Notes: generated by a model from the sequence alone, not told the origin. Positions 5,723 through 15,412 are shown, counted from the stretch's first letter. The stretch: DNA of 39,264 nucleotides from Syntrophaceae bacterium UBA3084 (GCA_002367335.1 DFBI01000047.1:1-39264); one strand, 5' to 3'. Program-made: numbers and translations.

Positions 5723-6105
5723 TGTCCTCCGTCCTCCGTCTTCCCGACTTCTGATCTCTGATCTCTGATCTCCGATCTCTGATCCCCGTCATCCGACCTC
5801 TGTCCTCTGTCATCTGACATCTGACCTCTGTCTTTTCCGTCCTCCGTCCTCTGTCTTCCGTCCTCCGTCCTCTGTCCTCTGTGTCTTCCGTCCTCCGTCC
5901 TCTGTCCTCCGTCCTCTGTCCTCCGTCCTCTGTCCTCCGTCCTCTGTCCTCCGTCCTCCGTCCTCTGTCATCCGTCCTCTGATCTCCGTCCTCTGTCCTC
6001 CGTCCTCTGATCTCCGATTTCCGTCCTCTGTCCTCCGTCCTCTGTCCTCTGTCATCCGTCCTCTGATCTCCGTCCTCTGTCCTCTGTCCTCTGACCTCCG
6101 TCCTC
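5723..6105. repeat. Large tandem heptanucleotide array, about 54 units YCYGWYM (CCGTCCT, CTGTCCT, CTGATCT, CCGATCT, CTGACCT ...)
   Basis: About 380 nt with 7-nt periodicity and a few 2-nt phase slips (near 5834 and 5880). Ends 6 nt before the stop codon of the intact PGT. It generates the spurious 101-aa RTEDGG ORF at 5810-6115. Confidence 0.95.
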
Positions 6106-6111
6106 TACGCT

Positions 6112-7494
6112 TCACACCCCCGGCCTGAAAATCACTGTCTGCACTGTCTTAAGGATAATGAACAGATCAAACAAAATAGACTGGTTTTGGACATAATAGA
6201 GGTCATACTGAAGCTTCTCAAATTGACCTTTTTTGGAACCAGCATAATCTCCCCGAACTTGGGCCCAGCCGGTCAGGCCCGGTTTTACGGTAAATCTAAG
6301 TCTATAATAAGGAAATTCCTTTGCCAGCATATCTGCAACTTGTTTACGAATGGGCCGAGGACCAACAAAACTCATGTCCCCTTTTAGTATATTAAAAAAT
6401 TGCGGGAGCTCATCAAGGCGGCTCTTCCGCAGAAATCTGCCGACCTCGGTTATGCGCGGGTCATCCTCGCTTGCCCACTTAGGACCGGTCAGTTTCTCGG
6501 CATTATCGATCATGGTGCGGAACTTGATTAGGGTAAAAGGCCGCTCATTTTGACTTAAACGTTCCTGCTTAAAAAATGCCGGCCCCTTTGAGGTCAGTTT
6601 GATGGCCAGAGCGGCAAGCAACATCAGGGGACAAGAAAGGACTATCCCGATAAGAGCAAAAACCTTGTCAATAATCTTCTTTATCTTTCTATAGACGTCC
6701 GGGTTGAAAATGTCGCCCTGGTTACGGAACAGAAACCAGGAATCCGTAACTCTGGTTACCGGAACCTTGCCAGTCAGCGTCTCATAGAACAGGGGAGCGT
6801 CATAGATAGCTACACCGGCAAATCGTAGGTCTAAAAGCTCCTTCCTCAGTAATGGGAGATTCTTTAGCCGGTCGGCAACAACTAATGTATTAGTTTGACT
6901 CTCTCTCACAAAATCGGACAGGCTTTTGGCTGATTTTGAGCCGTTAATGCAGATAGCTCCGGGGTTCTCGGAATAATCACCAATGGCGGTCATAATACCG
7001 ATATCCGAATTCGGCACAAGCGACTTGAGATCCTCAATAATGGGACTTTCACCAATAAGAAGGATTTTTTGCTGGTTAGCGCCATTTTGCAAAAAGACCC
7101 TGAAGAGAAGTTTTCGCCAGCAGAATAAAAGAGGGATGACAAAAAGGATGTAAAGTAAAATAACCTTTCTTCCAATTACAATATTTGGCAGAAAAAAAAA
7201 GGAAAGAAAGGCAATAATTGCGGCAGTAACTAAAACGGCTAAGGCGATATTTGACAAAAGCCTTACATTGTGTCGCCAACGGCTTTCATTATAGAGTTCA
7301 AATACATAGAAAATAACCGGGCAGGAAAAAAGCCATAAAACAATCACCCAATTGACCCTTGATAGGACAAATTCAAAGCTAAAAAGTTGGGAAGCAATAA
7401 CCTTGATATACACCGCCATAAAAAAGGCACTGAACACCAACAGAACGTCACCAAGCAGAACGAGTATCTTTTTATAGTTGCTATAAATTGCCAT
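6112..7494 (-). CDS. Polyprenyl-phosphate glycosyl-1-phosphate transferase (large bacterial sugar transferase, WbaP/EpsB-like initiating enzyme)
   Basis: 460 aa with N-terminal hydrophobic helices and a central Rossmann-like segment. The C-terminal sugar-transferase domain shows PFTLIKFRTM, DELPQFFNILKGDMSFVGPRP and KPGLTGWAQV. Confidence 0.9.
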   Translation of the reverse strand: MAIYSNYKKILVLLGDVLLVFSAFFMAVYIKVIASQLFSFEFVLSRVNWVIVLWLFSCPVIFYVFELYNESRWRHNVRLLSNIALAVLVTAAIIAFLSFFFLPNIVIGRKVILLYILFVIPLLFCWRKLLFRVFLQNGANQQKILLIGESPIIEDLKSLVPNSDIGIMTAIGDYSENPGAICINGSKSAKSLSDFVRESQTNTLVVADRLKNLPLLRKELLDLRFAGVAIYDAPLFYETLTGKVPVTRVTDSWFLFRNQGDIFNPDVYRKIKKIIDKVFALIGIVLSCPLMLLAALAIKLTSKGPAFFKQERLSQNERPFTLIKFRTMIDNAEKLTGPKWASEDDPRITEVGRFLRKSRLDELPQFFNILKGDMSFVGPRPIRKQVADMLAKEFPYYRLRFTVKPGLTGWAQVRGDYAGSKKGQFEKLQYDLYYVQNQSILFDLFIILKTVQTVIFRPGV

Positions 7495-7539
7495 ATGACA
7501 TTTAACGAATGGAACTTACTTTAATGCACTCGCCATAGG

Positions 7540-7659
7540 TTAAGTTGTGGAGAAAGAAATGGAATACGAGCATACAAACACGGCGAAGACAATTAGCGCA
7601 TCAACCACTAATAACAGGAATTGCTTTTGCTTATTCGGGCTTTTCAGGAAAATGTTCAT
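7540..7659 (-). pseudogene. 5' fragment of a PGT gene (first 34 codons, then out of homology and a stop)
   Basis: 7558-7659 matches 11127-11228 at 95 of 102 positions by my count. It translates to MNIFLKSPNKQKQFLLLVVDALIVFAVFVCSYSI, against MNVFLKSPNKQKQFLLLMIDALIVFAVFVCSYSI in the truncated PGT. Confidence 0.85.
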
Positions 7660-7854
7660 CTTTTCCCAAATAACTTTTCAGGCTCTTGCTGTATTACATT
7701 CATAAAAGGCCTCCACGAATGTATGAAAAGAACACATGCTGAAAAGGCGCCGGTATTTGCTGTGATGATTAAGTGTTGGTCTTTCTTTATAACGTCGGTT
7801 GAGGCGAAATTCACTTCAGCGGATTTTGGAGGTCCCCCCACCGGATTCATCTGA

Positions 7855-8784
7855 TTAGTATACTGCCTCTTTATACCATTGATAGGTTTTTGCTATTCCT
7901 TCACTGAGACCGGTCTTTGCCTCCCAGCCTAAATCTGTTAGCTTACTCACATCAAGTAGTTTCCTCGGGGTACCGTCCGGTTTTGACGTGTCAAATTTCA
8001 ATCCCCCTTCATATCCGGCTATTTCCTTTATCAACAAGGCAAGCTCTCTTATGGAGATATCTTTCCCCGTCCCTACATTGATGACCTGATCCTCATCATA
8101 ATTCTCCATCAAAAAGACGCAGGCATCGGCAAGGTCATCAATATACAAAAACTCCCTTCGAGCGCTCCCTGTTCCCCATATCTTTACGAAGGGTTCTTTG
8201 TTCATTTTAGCTCCATGGAATTTTCTTAAAAGGGCCGGTAAAGCATGTGACGTTTCCAGGTTAAAATTATCGTTAGGGCCATAAAGATTTGTCGGCATGA
8301 CAGAGATAAAATTGGCTCCGTATTGCCTGTTGTAAGACTGGCACATCTTGATTCCGGCAATCTTGGCTATGGCATAGGGTTCATTTGTGGGCTCTAACTT
8401 GCCGTCCAGGAGATACTCTTCCTTCATCGGTTGAGGGGAAAGCCTGGGATAGATGCAGGAACTACCTAAAAACAGTAACTTTTTTACCCCGCAGACATAC
8501 GCGTAATGGATTATATTGCTTTGAATCATGAGATTATCGTAGAGAAATTCAGCAGGGTATGTGTTGTTTGCCAGGATACCACCCACCTTGGCGGCAGCCA
8601 GAAACACATAATCAGGGCGCTCATGCTCGAAAAAGGAATTTACATCCGCCTGGAGGCGCAGATCCAGCTCCTTGCTGGTCCGCGTAACAAGATTGTTATA
8701 CCCCAATGCCCTGAGCTTTCTTGCAATGGCAGAACCAACAAGTCCTCGATGGCCTGCAACATAAATTTTGCTGTTTTGTTCCAT
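7855..8784 (-). CDS. fcl: GDP-L-fucose synthase (GDP-4-keto-6-deoxymannose 3,5-epimerase/4-reductase)
   Basis: 309 aa with family blocks [43 protein letters not shown] and [11 protein letters not shown]. Confidence 0.92.
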   Translation of the reverse strand: MEQNSKIYVAGHRGLVGSAIARKLRALGYNNLVTRTSKELDLRLQADVNSFFEHERPDYVFLAAAKVGGILANNTYPAEFLYDNLMIQSNIIHYAYVCGVKKLLFLGSSCIYPRLSPQPMKEEYLLDGKLEPTNEPYAIAKIAGIKMCQSYNRQYGANFISVMPTNLYGPNDNFNLETSHALPALLRKFHGAKMNKEPFVKIWGTGSARREFLYIDDLADACVFLMENYDEDQVINVGTGKDISIRELALLIKEIAGYEGGLKFDTSKPDGTPRKLLDVSKLTDLGWEAKTGLSEGIAKTYQWYKEAVY

Positions 8785-8829
8785 GCTTTTCTTCTCAGGA
8801 CGTTTAGATCCATTGAAAAATTCTGTTCA

Positions 8830-9885
8830 TCAAAATCCGGCCCCTGAATCGACCAACCTGACCTTATTGTTCATTATCTTCTGTATAACATCTTTTGAGT
8901 TCTTCATCTCCTCCAGCTCTCGCATATCAGCATCCACCATGATCCGTACCAATTCTTTGAAGGTAACCTTCGGTTCCCAGCCCAATTTTTCTTTTGCCTT
9001 ACCGGCATCACCTTGAAGGAGCTCGACCTCGGTAGGACGGAAATATTGCGGATCGATCTCCACATGCTCCTGCCAGTCCAAATCAGCATAGGCAAAAGCC
9101 TCCTCCAGAAATTCTTTTACCGAATGGGTCTCACCTGTTGCAATAACAAAATCTTCAGGTCTTTCCTGCTGCAACATTAACCACATGACCTCCACATACT
9201 CCGGAGCATACCCCCAGTCTCGCTTTGCCTCCAGATTGCCAAGGTAAACCTTGTCCTCCAGGCCGTATTTAATGCGGGCAACAGCGCGGGTAATCTTCCG
9301 TGTGACAAAGGTCTCTCCTCTCCTTGGAGACTCATGATTAAAAAGTATCCCGTTGCAGGCAAACATATTATACCCCTCCCTATAATTTCTGACCATCCAG
9401 AAGGCATATACCTTGGCCGCGGCATAAGGGCTTCTCGGCCTGAAGGGCGTTTCTTCATTCTGAGGATGGGGGGCGTCTCCGAACATTTCACTACTTGATG
9501 CCTGATAAAATCTCGTTTTAATGCCGCTTCTTCTCACGGATTCTAAGAGACGGGTCGTCCCCAAGCCGGTTACATCGCCTGTAAACTCGGGCATATCAAA
9601 ACTGACCCTTACGTGACTCTGGGCGGCCAGATGATAGATTTCTTCGGGTTGAATGTTATAAATCAGATTCGTTAACTGACCTGAATCCGATAGGTCTCCA
9701 TAGTGGGTAAAAAATTTTGCATCAGGGATATGGGGATCAACATAGATATGTTCGATTCTACCTGTATTAAACATACTTGCACGCCGAACTATACCATGGA
9801 CCTCATATCCTTTAGATAACAGAAGCTCTGCCAGATAAGATCCGTCTTGGCCTGTAATGCCGGTAATCAAAGCCCTCTTTGTCAT
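8830..9885 (-). CDS. gmd: GDP-mannose 4,6-dehydratase
   Basis: 351 aa with [37 protein letters not shown] and NHESPRRG blocks. Confidence 0.93.
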   Translation of the reverse strand: MTKRALITGITGQDGSYLAELLLSKGYEVHGIVRRASMFNTGRIEHIYVDPHIPDAKFFTHYGDLSDSGQLTNLIYNIQPEEIYHLAAQSHVRVSFDMPEFTGDVTGLGTTRLLESVRRSGIKTRFYQASSSEMFGDAPHPQNEETPFRPRSPYAAAKVYAFWMVRNYREGYNMFACNGILFNHESPRRGETFVTRKITRAVARIKYGLEDKVYLGNLEAKRDWGYAPEYVEVMWLMLQQERPEDFVIATGETHSVKEFLEEAFAYADLDWQEHVEIDPQYFRPTEVELLQGDAGKAKEKLGWEPKVTFKELVRIMVDADMRELEEMKNSKDVIQKIMNNKVRLVDSGAGF

Positions 9886-9918
9886 TAGAATCCTCTCAGT
9901 GAAATATCTTATCTCCTC

Positions 9919-10073
9919 TTATTTTCTGGCAAAAAAGGCCCTGATCTTCGAACAGATGTAAGAGACATCCTCGTCGCTTAAAAAAGAGGAGGAAGGAAGC
10001 CAGAGCCCATGCTTTGCAACATATTCTGCCACAGGAAACTCTCCATTCAGTCTGTAGGGAGCCTGCGGATGGG
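9919..10073 (-). pseudogene. C-terminal tail (about 45-50 codons) of a DegT/DnrJ/EryC1-type sugar aminotransferase
   Basis: A minus-strand frame reads ...HPQAPYRLNGEFPVAEYVAKHGLWLPSSSFLSDEDVSYICSKIRAFFARK*, the typical DegT C-terminus (FP.AE......GL.LPS...L.dedv.yic..i). It has no body or start and abuts the truncated PGT. Confidence 0.75.
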
Positions 10074-11228
10074 CCGGGGACCGATAAGGCTCATCTCCCC
10101 CCTTAGTATGTTTATCAGTTGCGGTATCTCATCAAGCCTGGTTTTTCTCAAAAACCTCCCCACACCGGTAATCCTGGGATCGTCCGAGCTGGACCATTTT
10201 GGTCCGGTCTCTTTCTCGGCCTCATCCACCATGGTCCTGAACTTGAGCAAGGTGAAAGGCCTTTCATTCATGCCCAGTCTTTCCTGCCTGAAAAAAACCG
10301 GTCCCTTAGAAGTGCTCTTTATGGCAAAGGCGATTATCAGCAATAATGGACCTGAGACAATCAGCCCCATTAAAGACAAAGTCAGGTCAAGCAGCCTCTT
10401 CAGCCTTAAATAAAAAGCCGGATGAAAGGATTTTTCCTGATGGGAAAAGAGCATCCAGGCATCGGCCACATGGAGAACAGGCACCTTGCCGGTCAACTGT
10501 TTATAAAAGGTTGGAAAGTCAAAAATTTGAATCCCCTTAAACTTCATGTCAATGAAAAGCTTCTTCAGGCCGGGGGCCCCTTTTAGCTTCTCGGCCACCA
10601 CCACGGTTCTTATCTTGTGCTGTTCTATGTATGAATCAATGCCTGTATCACATTTACTGCCATTGATTGCAAAGCAACCGGGATTCTCTTTATAATCCGA
10701 TATGATGCCGGTTAAATGGTAATTCATCAATGGATACTGATCGAGAAGCCCGGCAATCACTCCAGTTGATGGACTCGAACCTAACAGGAGAAGATTGTTT
10801 TGGAGCATCCTTTTCGAAAAAACCGCATAGAAAAGTCTTCGCCAGAAGTAGATGGCAGCTATCAGTAAGGGCACATGAATGAAGGCCACGATCCTTCCTA
10901 ATTTATCCTTAGGAAAGCCGTAGGAAGCAATGGCTATCAGACCAAAACCCAAAAAGACTGAAACCGTTATAAACAATAGCAGCCTGTCACGGGGACCCTT
11001 CTTTGTGACACTGTATAGCTCAAAGATGTAAAAAGTGACGAGATGGAGCAGGACAGCCACAAGGACCAGCCAGGAGAGCCTATCCCACAATTCAGCTAAG
11101 CTCCCTCCTTCAAATAATATAATTCTAATGGAATACGAGCATACAAACACGGCAAAGACAATTAGCGCATCAATCATTAATAACAGGAATTGCTTTTGCT
11201 TGTTTGGACTTTTCAGGAAAACGTTCAT
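10047..11228 (-). pseudogene. 3'-truncated PGT (bacterial sugar transferase lacking about the last 70-80 residues)
   Basis: 393 aa, colinear with the intact PGT through RLDEIPQLINILRGEMSLIGPRP. It then leaves homology (IRRLPTD*), so the PGLTGWAQV block and C-terminal helix are missing. Confidence 0.7.
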
Positions 11229-11238
11229 TTCTTCAGAA

Positions 11239-12498
11239 CTACGAGGAGCCAGTCTCAGTTATATTATGAAAAAGGGCTTCATATTTCAGGCAGATTTCCT
11301 TAGGGCTGAAATGAGCATCTACATATCTGCGCCCATTCTCTCCCATCATTTTTCTCTCCGTTTCACCACCGTAAAGCCTCAAAATTGCCTTAGCCAATTC
11401 ATCGGGCCTTTCCGGGGGCACACATATTCCACAATTGGCCTCGTCAACCATATTCCAAACCTCGCTGTCTTCATCCACCATAGCAATAATCGGCCGACCA
11501 CTTGCCATGATTGCGAAAGTTTTTGAGGGCACGGAATCGGTTGACAGACCTTTCAGGGAAGTAACGAGTGAGATATCTGCGGATGCCCATATTTGGGGAA
11601 CGATATGTTCCGGCTGTTGTGGTGGGAAAACGACGTTGCTCAAACCTTTGTCCTTACAAAGTTGCACTATCTTATCTTTATATTCACCCCTGGACACGAA
11701 AGCAAACACGATTGTCTTATACTCTCTTAACAGCTCAGCAGATTCCACCACAAATTCTACACCATGAGGCAATCCAATATTACCAGCGTACATAATTACA
11801 AATTTATCATTCAAGCCAAAATTCGATGAAAAATGGTTTTCCTTTTCCATTGGCTTAATAAAATTTGTATCTATGAAATTGGGAATAATCTCAATTTTAT
11901 CGGCTTTGACTTTTTTTTCTATCAAATTCCTTCTCATTGCCCCTGAAAGGACAAGCACATTTCTGGCTTTCTTATAAACAAGATTCTCAATTAATCTCAG
12001 GATCCTGATTATAAACTTATTGTGTAAAACCCCGAGCTTAATCGCCATATCCGGATAAATGTCCTGAACGTTATAAATGAAGGGAATTCTCTTAAAAATT
12101 CCAATAATATACCCACATATGCCGTTCGTCAGAGGCGGGGAGGAGGGGGCAAAAATGAGATCCTGTCTTCCTGCAAAAAATAGTCCTCCGATAAGGCAGG
12201 TGATATTAAAGGAAAGAAAATTTAGGGCTCTGAAAACAAGAGAGGCCCTGCCGTTCTTAAAAACAGGAGCAAACACATAACTACGAATCAGTGTAGCGCC
12301 CTCCCAGGTGGTTCTTTCAAAAAGCTTGCCTCGATACTCGGCCCATGTTTCAGGTCGACCCTGCCGGTAATGCGGAAAAGCTGTGACAATAGTTATTTTG
12401 TGCCCTTTCTTGATAAGGTGCCTGAAGACAGTGCCATATATTGGCATCAGAGGTCCCTCATAGGGATACCAGTACAGCATGATAACCAGGATTTTCAT
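11239..12498 (-). CDS. Glycosyltransferase family 4 (WcaI-like)
   Basis: 419 aa with N-terminus MKILVIMLYWYPYEGP typical of WcaI-type GT4 enzymes. GT-B C-terminal half. ATGA overlap with the upstream gene. Confidence 0.75.
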   Translation of the reverse strand: MKILVIMLYWYPYEGPLMPIYGTVFRHLIKKGHKITIVTAFPHYRQGRPETWAEYRGKLFERTTWEGATLIRSYVFAPVFKNGRASLVFRALNFLSFNITCLIGGLFFAGRQDLIFAPSSPPLTNGICGYIIGIFKRIPFIYNVQDIYPDMAIKLGVLHNKFIIRILRLIENLVYKKARNVLVLSGAMRRNLIEKKVKADKIEIIPNFIDTNFIKPMEKENHFSSNFGLNDKFVIMYAGNIGLPHGVEFVVESAELLREYKTIVFAFVSRGEYKDKIVQLCKDKGLSNVVFPPQQPEHIVPQIWASADISLVTSLKGLSTDSVPSKTFAIMASGRPIIAMVDEDSEVWNMVDEANCGICVPPERPDELAKAILRLYGGETERKMMGENGRRYVDAHFSPKEICLKYEALFHNITETGSS

Positions 12499-14261
12499 TT
12501 TTTATTGTCATCGAGCCTTTGAATGAGAAAGTTGCCCAAGACCAGAACATCCATCCGGGTCCTAAGGAAGCAATCCAGAGCCTCCTGGGGTGTGCACACG
12601 ATAGGTTCGTTCTCATTGAAGGATGTATTTAAAACCACTGGAACACCGGTAAGATTCTCAAACTCCTTAATGAGGCCCCAATATAATGGATTATCCTCTC
12701 TTCGTACTGTTTGTAGCCTTCCAGTGCCGTCCACGTGGGTAACCGCCGGGATCTCAGCCCGTTTTTCCGGCCGGATTGGGTAAACCTTTATCATAAAAGG
12801 ATCAGGATAGTCTCGCTCAAAGTATTCTCCGACCCTTTCCAGAAGAATCGAAGGGGCAAATGGCCGGAAAGGTTCTCTGCGCTTGATACGGGCATTGAGA
12901 ATATCTTTCATCTCTGCCCTTCGGGGATCCACGATGATGCTTCGGTTGCCTAAAGCGCGTGGGCCCCACTCCATTCGCCCCTGAAACCAGCCTATTACTT
13001 TCCCATCGGCAATATACTCTGCCGTCCTCTTACACAACTCATTATTATCCTCGATTTTCCTGATTACACATCCCTGTTTTTCTAACTCTTCATTCTTCAC
13101 TTTTAACTTTTCACTTATTTCGGCTGTGCCGAAATCTGGTCCCCAGTAACTCGAAGTCATCACAAAATCACGAGGCTTTCCCAGGATCTGGTTGTAAACA
13201 CAATAAGCCGCACCCAGAGATGTTCCCGCATCCCCGGCTGCGGACTGAATGTAGATCTCTTCAAAAGGGGTATGGTCAAATATCTTGCCGTTGGCCACGC
13301 TGTTCATTGCAACTCCCCCGGCAAGACAGAGTCTGTTGTCTTGTGTCTTCTTATAGAGATCGTTAAGCAAGGCAAAGATGATTTCCTCTGTGACGGCCTG
13401 AAGCGACGCAGCAAGATCTCTGTGATAGTCCTGGATATTTTCCTCGTATTGCCGGGGGGTTCCGAAATCTTCGACGAACTTTTGAGAATAGACAGTGCCC
13501 ATCGTGGGCTCGCCCCCATCCCAGGTCATGTCGACCCCTTCCGAGTGATGCCGGAAGTAGTCCAGATTGAGTCTATACTGCCCATTGCCCGTATAGGTGA
13601 TCACCTTCCTGAGTTTTGTTTTGAGCGTAGGTTCCCCAAGAGCGGCAAGCCCCATAACCTTGAATTCATCTCCATATTTGGCAAATCCCAGAAATTGGGT
13701 AATCAAGGTATAAAAGAGCCCGATCGAATGAGGGTATAAAACCTTCCCAAGGACCTCCATACTGTTTTCCCGCCCGTAGCCCTGCATAGAGCTCACGAAA
13801 TCTCCAAAACCGTCCAGGGTCAGGATGGAAGCCTCATCAAACGGTGAAACCATAAAGGAGCTTGCCATGTGGGCCAGGTGGTGATCTACGTTTACAATGC
13901 GGCCTTTAATGGTCTCAACAGGCACATCAAAACCCGCCGCAAGCTGGCTCCCAATACCGCCGATACTTCGCCTGTTTTTGAATCTTCCAACAAGCTTTTT
14001 CAGACTCTGGCGGTTCCGCAGAACAAAGCCAAGGCGTTCCTTTAAATTAGCCCTTGGATTTCGTCCCACGGCAATCTTGTCAATTTGATCAAGGGGTACC
14101 CCTGCCTCTGCCAGGCAGTAGCGAATCGCTTTCTCAGGGAAACCTGCCCAGTGTTTAATCCTGGTGAATCGCTCCTCCTCGACTGCCGCCACGATAGCCC
14201 CATCGCGAATCAAAACAGCCGAGCAATCCCCGTGATAGGCCGATATGCCTAATATATACAT
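12495..14261 (-). CDS. Carbamoyltransferase (NodU/CmcH family)
   Basis: About 588 aa from ATG 14261 (the track begins one codon earlier at TTG). Shows ILGISAYHGDCSAVL, EEERFTRIKH, LAGGVAMN and C-terminal DGTGRLQTV blocks. Confidence 0.88.
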   Translation of the reverse strand: MYILGISAYHGDCSAVLIRDGAIVAAVEEERFTRIKHWAGFPEKAIRYCLAEAGVPLDQIDKIAVGRNPRANLKERLGFVLRNRQSLKKLVGRFKNRRSIGGIGSQLAAGFDVPVETIKGRIVNVDHHLAHMASSFMVSPFDEASILTLDGFGDFVSSMQGYGRENSMEVLGKVLYPHSIGLFYTLITQFLGFAKYGDEFKVMGLAALGEPTLKTKLRKVITYTGNGQYRLNLDYFRHHSEGVDMTWDGGEPTMGTVYSQKFVEDFGTPRQYEENIQDYHRDLAASLQAVTEEIIFALLNDLYKKTQDNRLCLAGGVAMNSVANGKIFDHTPFEEIYIQSAAGDAGTSLGAAYCVYNQILGKPRDFVMTSSYWGPDFGTAEISEKLKVKNEELEKQGCVIRKIEDNNELCKRTAEYIADGKVIGWFQGRMEWGPRALGNRSIIVDPRRAEMKDILNARIKRREPFRPFAPSILLERVGEYFERDYPDPFMIKVYPIRPEKRAEIPAVTHVDGTGRLQTVRREDNPLYWGLIKEFENLTGVPVVLNTSFNENEPIVCTPQEALDCFLRTRMDVLVLGNFLIQRLDDNKK

Positions 14262-15412
14262 CAAGATTTCCTTCCAATATCAAGTTTTAAGCATTCTCTA
14301 TAGACTTCTATATGCTTCTTCACCGTGACGTTCAAATCCAGATTCTCAATAGTTACCTCTCGTGCTTTTTTGCCGAATTTTTCACGCAGGACAGGATCTT
14401 CAATTAAAATCCTGATTTTTTCAGCCAAAGCCGTAGCGTCTCCAATCGGAACAACAAATCCGTTCACCCCGTTTTGAATGAAACGGCTCACGTCCCCGAC
14501 ATCTGTAGCAACAATCGCCTTCCCCATGGACATAGCCTCCCAGACGGAAATCGGAGATGCTTCATAAATAGAAGAACATACGTAAATATCGGTGGCTTTA
14601 AGGACGGATTTCACATTGGGAGAAGGCCCATAAAGATAGATATTATTAAGATCCGATGCTTTAGACTTTTCCAAAAGACTGTCATAATAATTACGCTGGC
14701 TCTCCAATGATTCGCCAACAATCCAAAAACTGGCCTCTCCGTTTTTTCGGTTAAAATACGAGGCCGCATCAATGAAATACCGGTAGCCCTTGGCAGGGTT
14801 TATATTCCCAACTGATACAACCTTTACCCCGGGGGAAGCCGCGATGCGTTGGTCTGCATAAACCAGATCAGGATCAAAAACGGATGTATCAACCGGCGCC
14901 TGGATGATTTTGACCGGCTTTCGATTCAGAGGAAACCGTCCGAGATAGTATTCACGCACCCTTTCACCTGCCGCGATGAAATGGTCCACCAGAAATGACG
15001 CGGCAAAAAAAAATGCCCTGATAATTAGGGGATTCCAGGTATCCTGAAGATGCCAGATCACCTTTTTGCGAGCGAGCCATCCCGCAACAACCCCTTTGAA
15101 CTGCCTGGCGCTGTTGCAATGGACGATATCAATGTTTTCTTTTTTTAGTAGTTGGTAGAGAAAGTATACTTCCTTTGGAAAAGTTATAAAATAGCGAAAA
15201 ATGGCCAGAGGATTCCTGCTCAATCTGTGCATGGGAACCCGTAGCATTTCCACCTTTCTTTTTACAGCCTCGGTATAAAACTGCTCTGATTCCTGTTTGG
15301 GGCATATAACAACGGTGTCTATCCCCTCGACCTTGATCCGCTCTGCTACCCCCAGTATCCGGGCCTGCGGTCCTCCGTATCGGCCCTCTTCAATGATGTT
15401 GGCAATTTTCAT
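14261..15412 (-). CDS. Glycosyltransferase family 4 (GT-B)
   Basis: 383 aa with the EX7E-type region VCSSIYEASPISVWEAMSMGKAIVATDVGD. Confidence 0.8.
   Translation of the reverse strand: MKIANIIEEGRYGGPQARILGVAERIKVEGIDTVVICPKQESEQFYTEAVKRKVEMLRVPMHRLSRNPLAIFRYFITFPKEVYFLYQLLKKENIDIVHCNSARQFKGVVAGWLARKKVIWHLQDTWNPLIIRAFFFAASFLVDHFIAAGERVREYYLGRFPLNRKPVKIIQAPVDTSVFDPDLVYADQRIAASPGVKVVSVGNINPAKGYRYFIDAASYFNRKNGEASFWIVGESLESQRNYYDSLLEKSKASDLNNIYLYGPSPNVKSVLKATDIYVCSSIYEASPISVWEAMSMGKAIVATDVGDVSRFIQNGVNGFVVPIGDATALAEKIRILIEDPVLREKFGKKAREVTIENLDLNVTVKKHIEVYRECLKLDIGRKS

Noticed and set aside
1585-6105. CRISPR array
   Set aside because: The units are 7 nt and directly abutting, with no unique spacers of 25-40 nt and no cas genes. 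These are microsatellite-like arrays, not CRISPR.
5810-6115. 101-aa ORF made of RTEDGGR-type repeats
   Set aside because: It is a translation of the large heptad array (3 x 7 nt = 7 codons) and overlaps the stop codon of the PGT. Nothing suggests a real protein.
7192-7200. A9/T9 homopolymers inside CDSs (7192-7200, 15005-15013, 25302-25310) and C7 at 16114-16120 as phase-variation switches
   Set aside because: The A/T runs simply encode Phe-Phe-Phe in hydrophobic segments, and the C7 run is short. Without read-level length heterogeneity there is no basis for calling them contingency tracts.
7656-7850. 64-aa minus-strand ORF (and the 77-aa + ORF at 7621-7854) between fcl and the PGT 5' fragment
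   Set aside because: It has no recognisable motif and overlaps the PGT fragment. The region may be a recombination leftover, and I cannot support a CDS.
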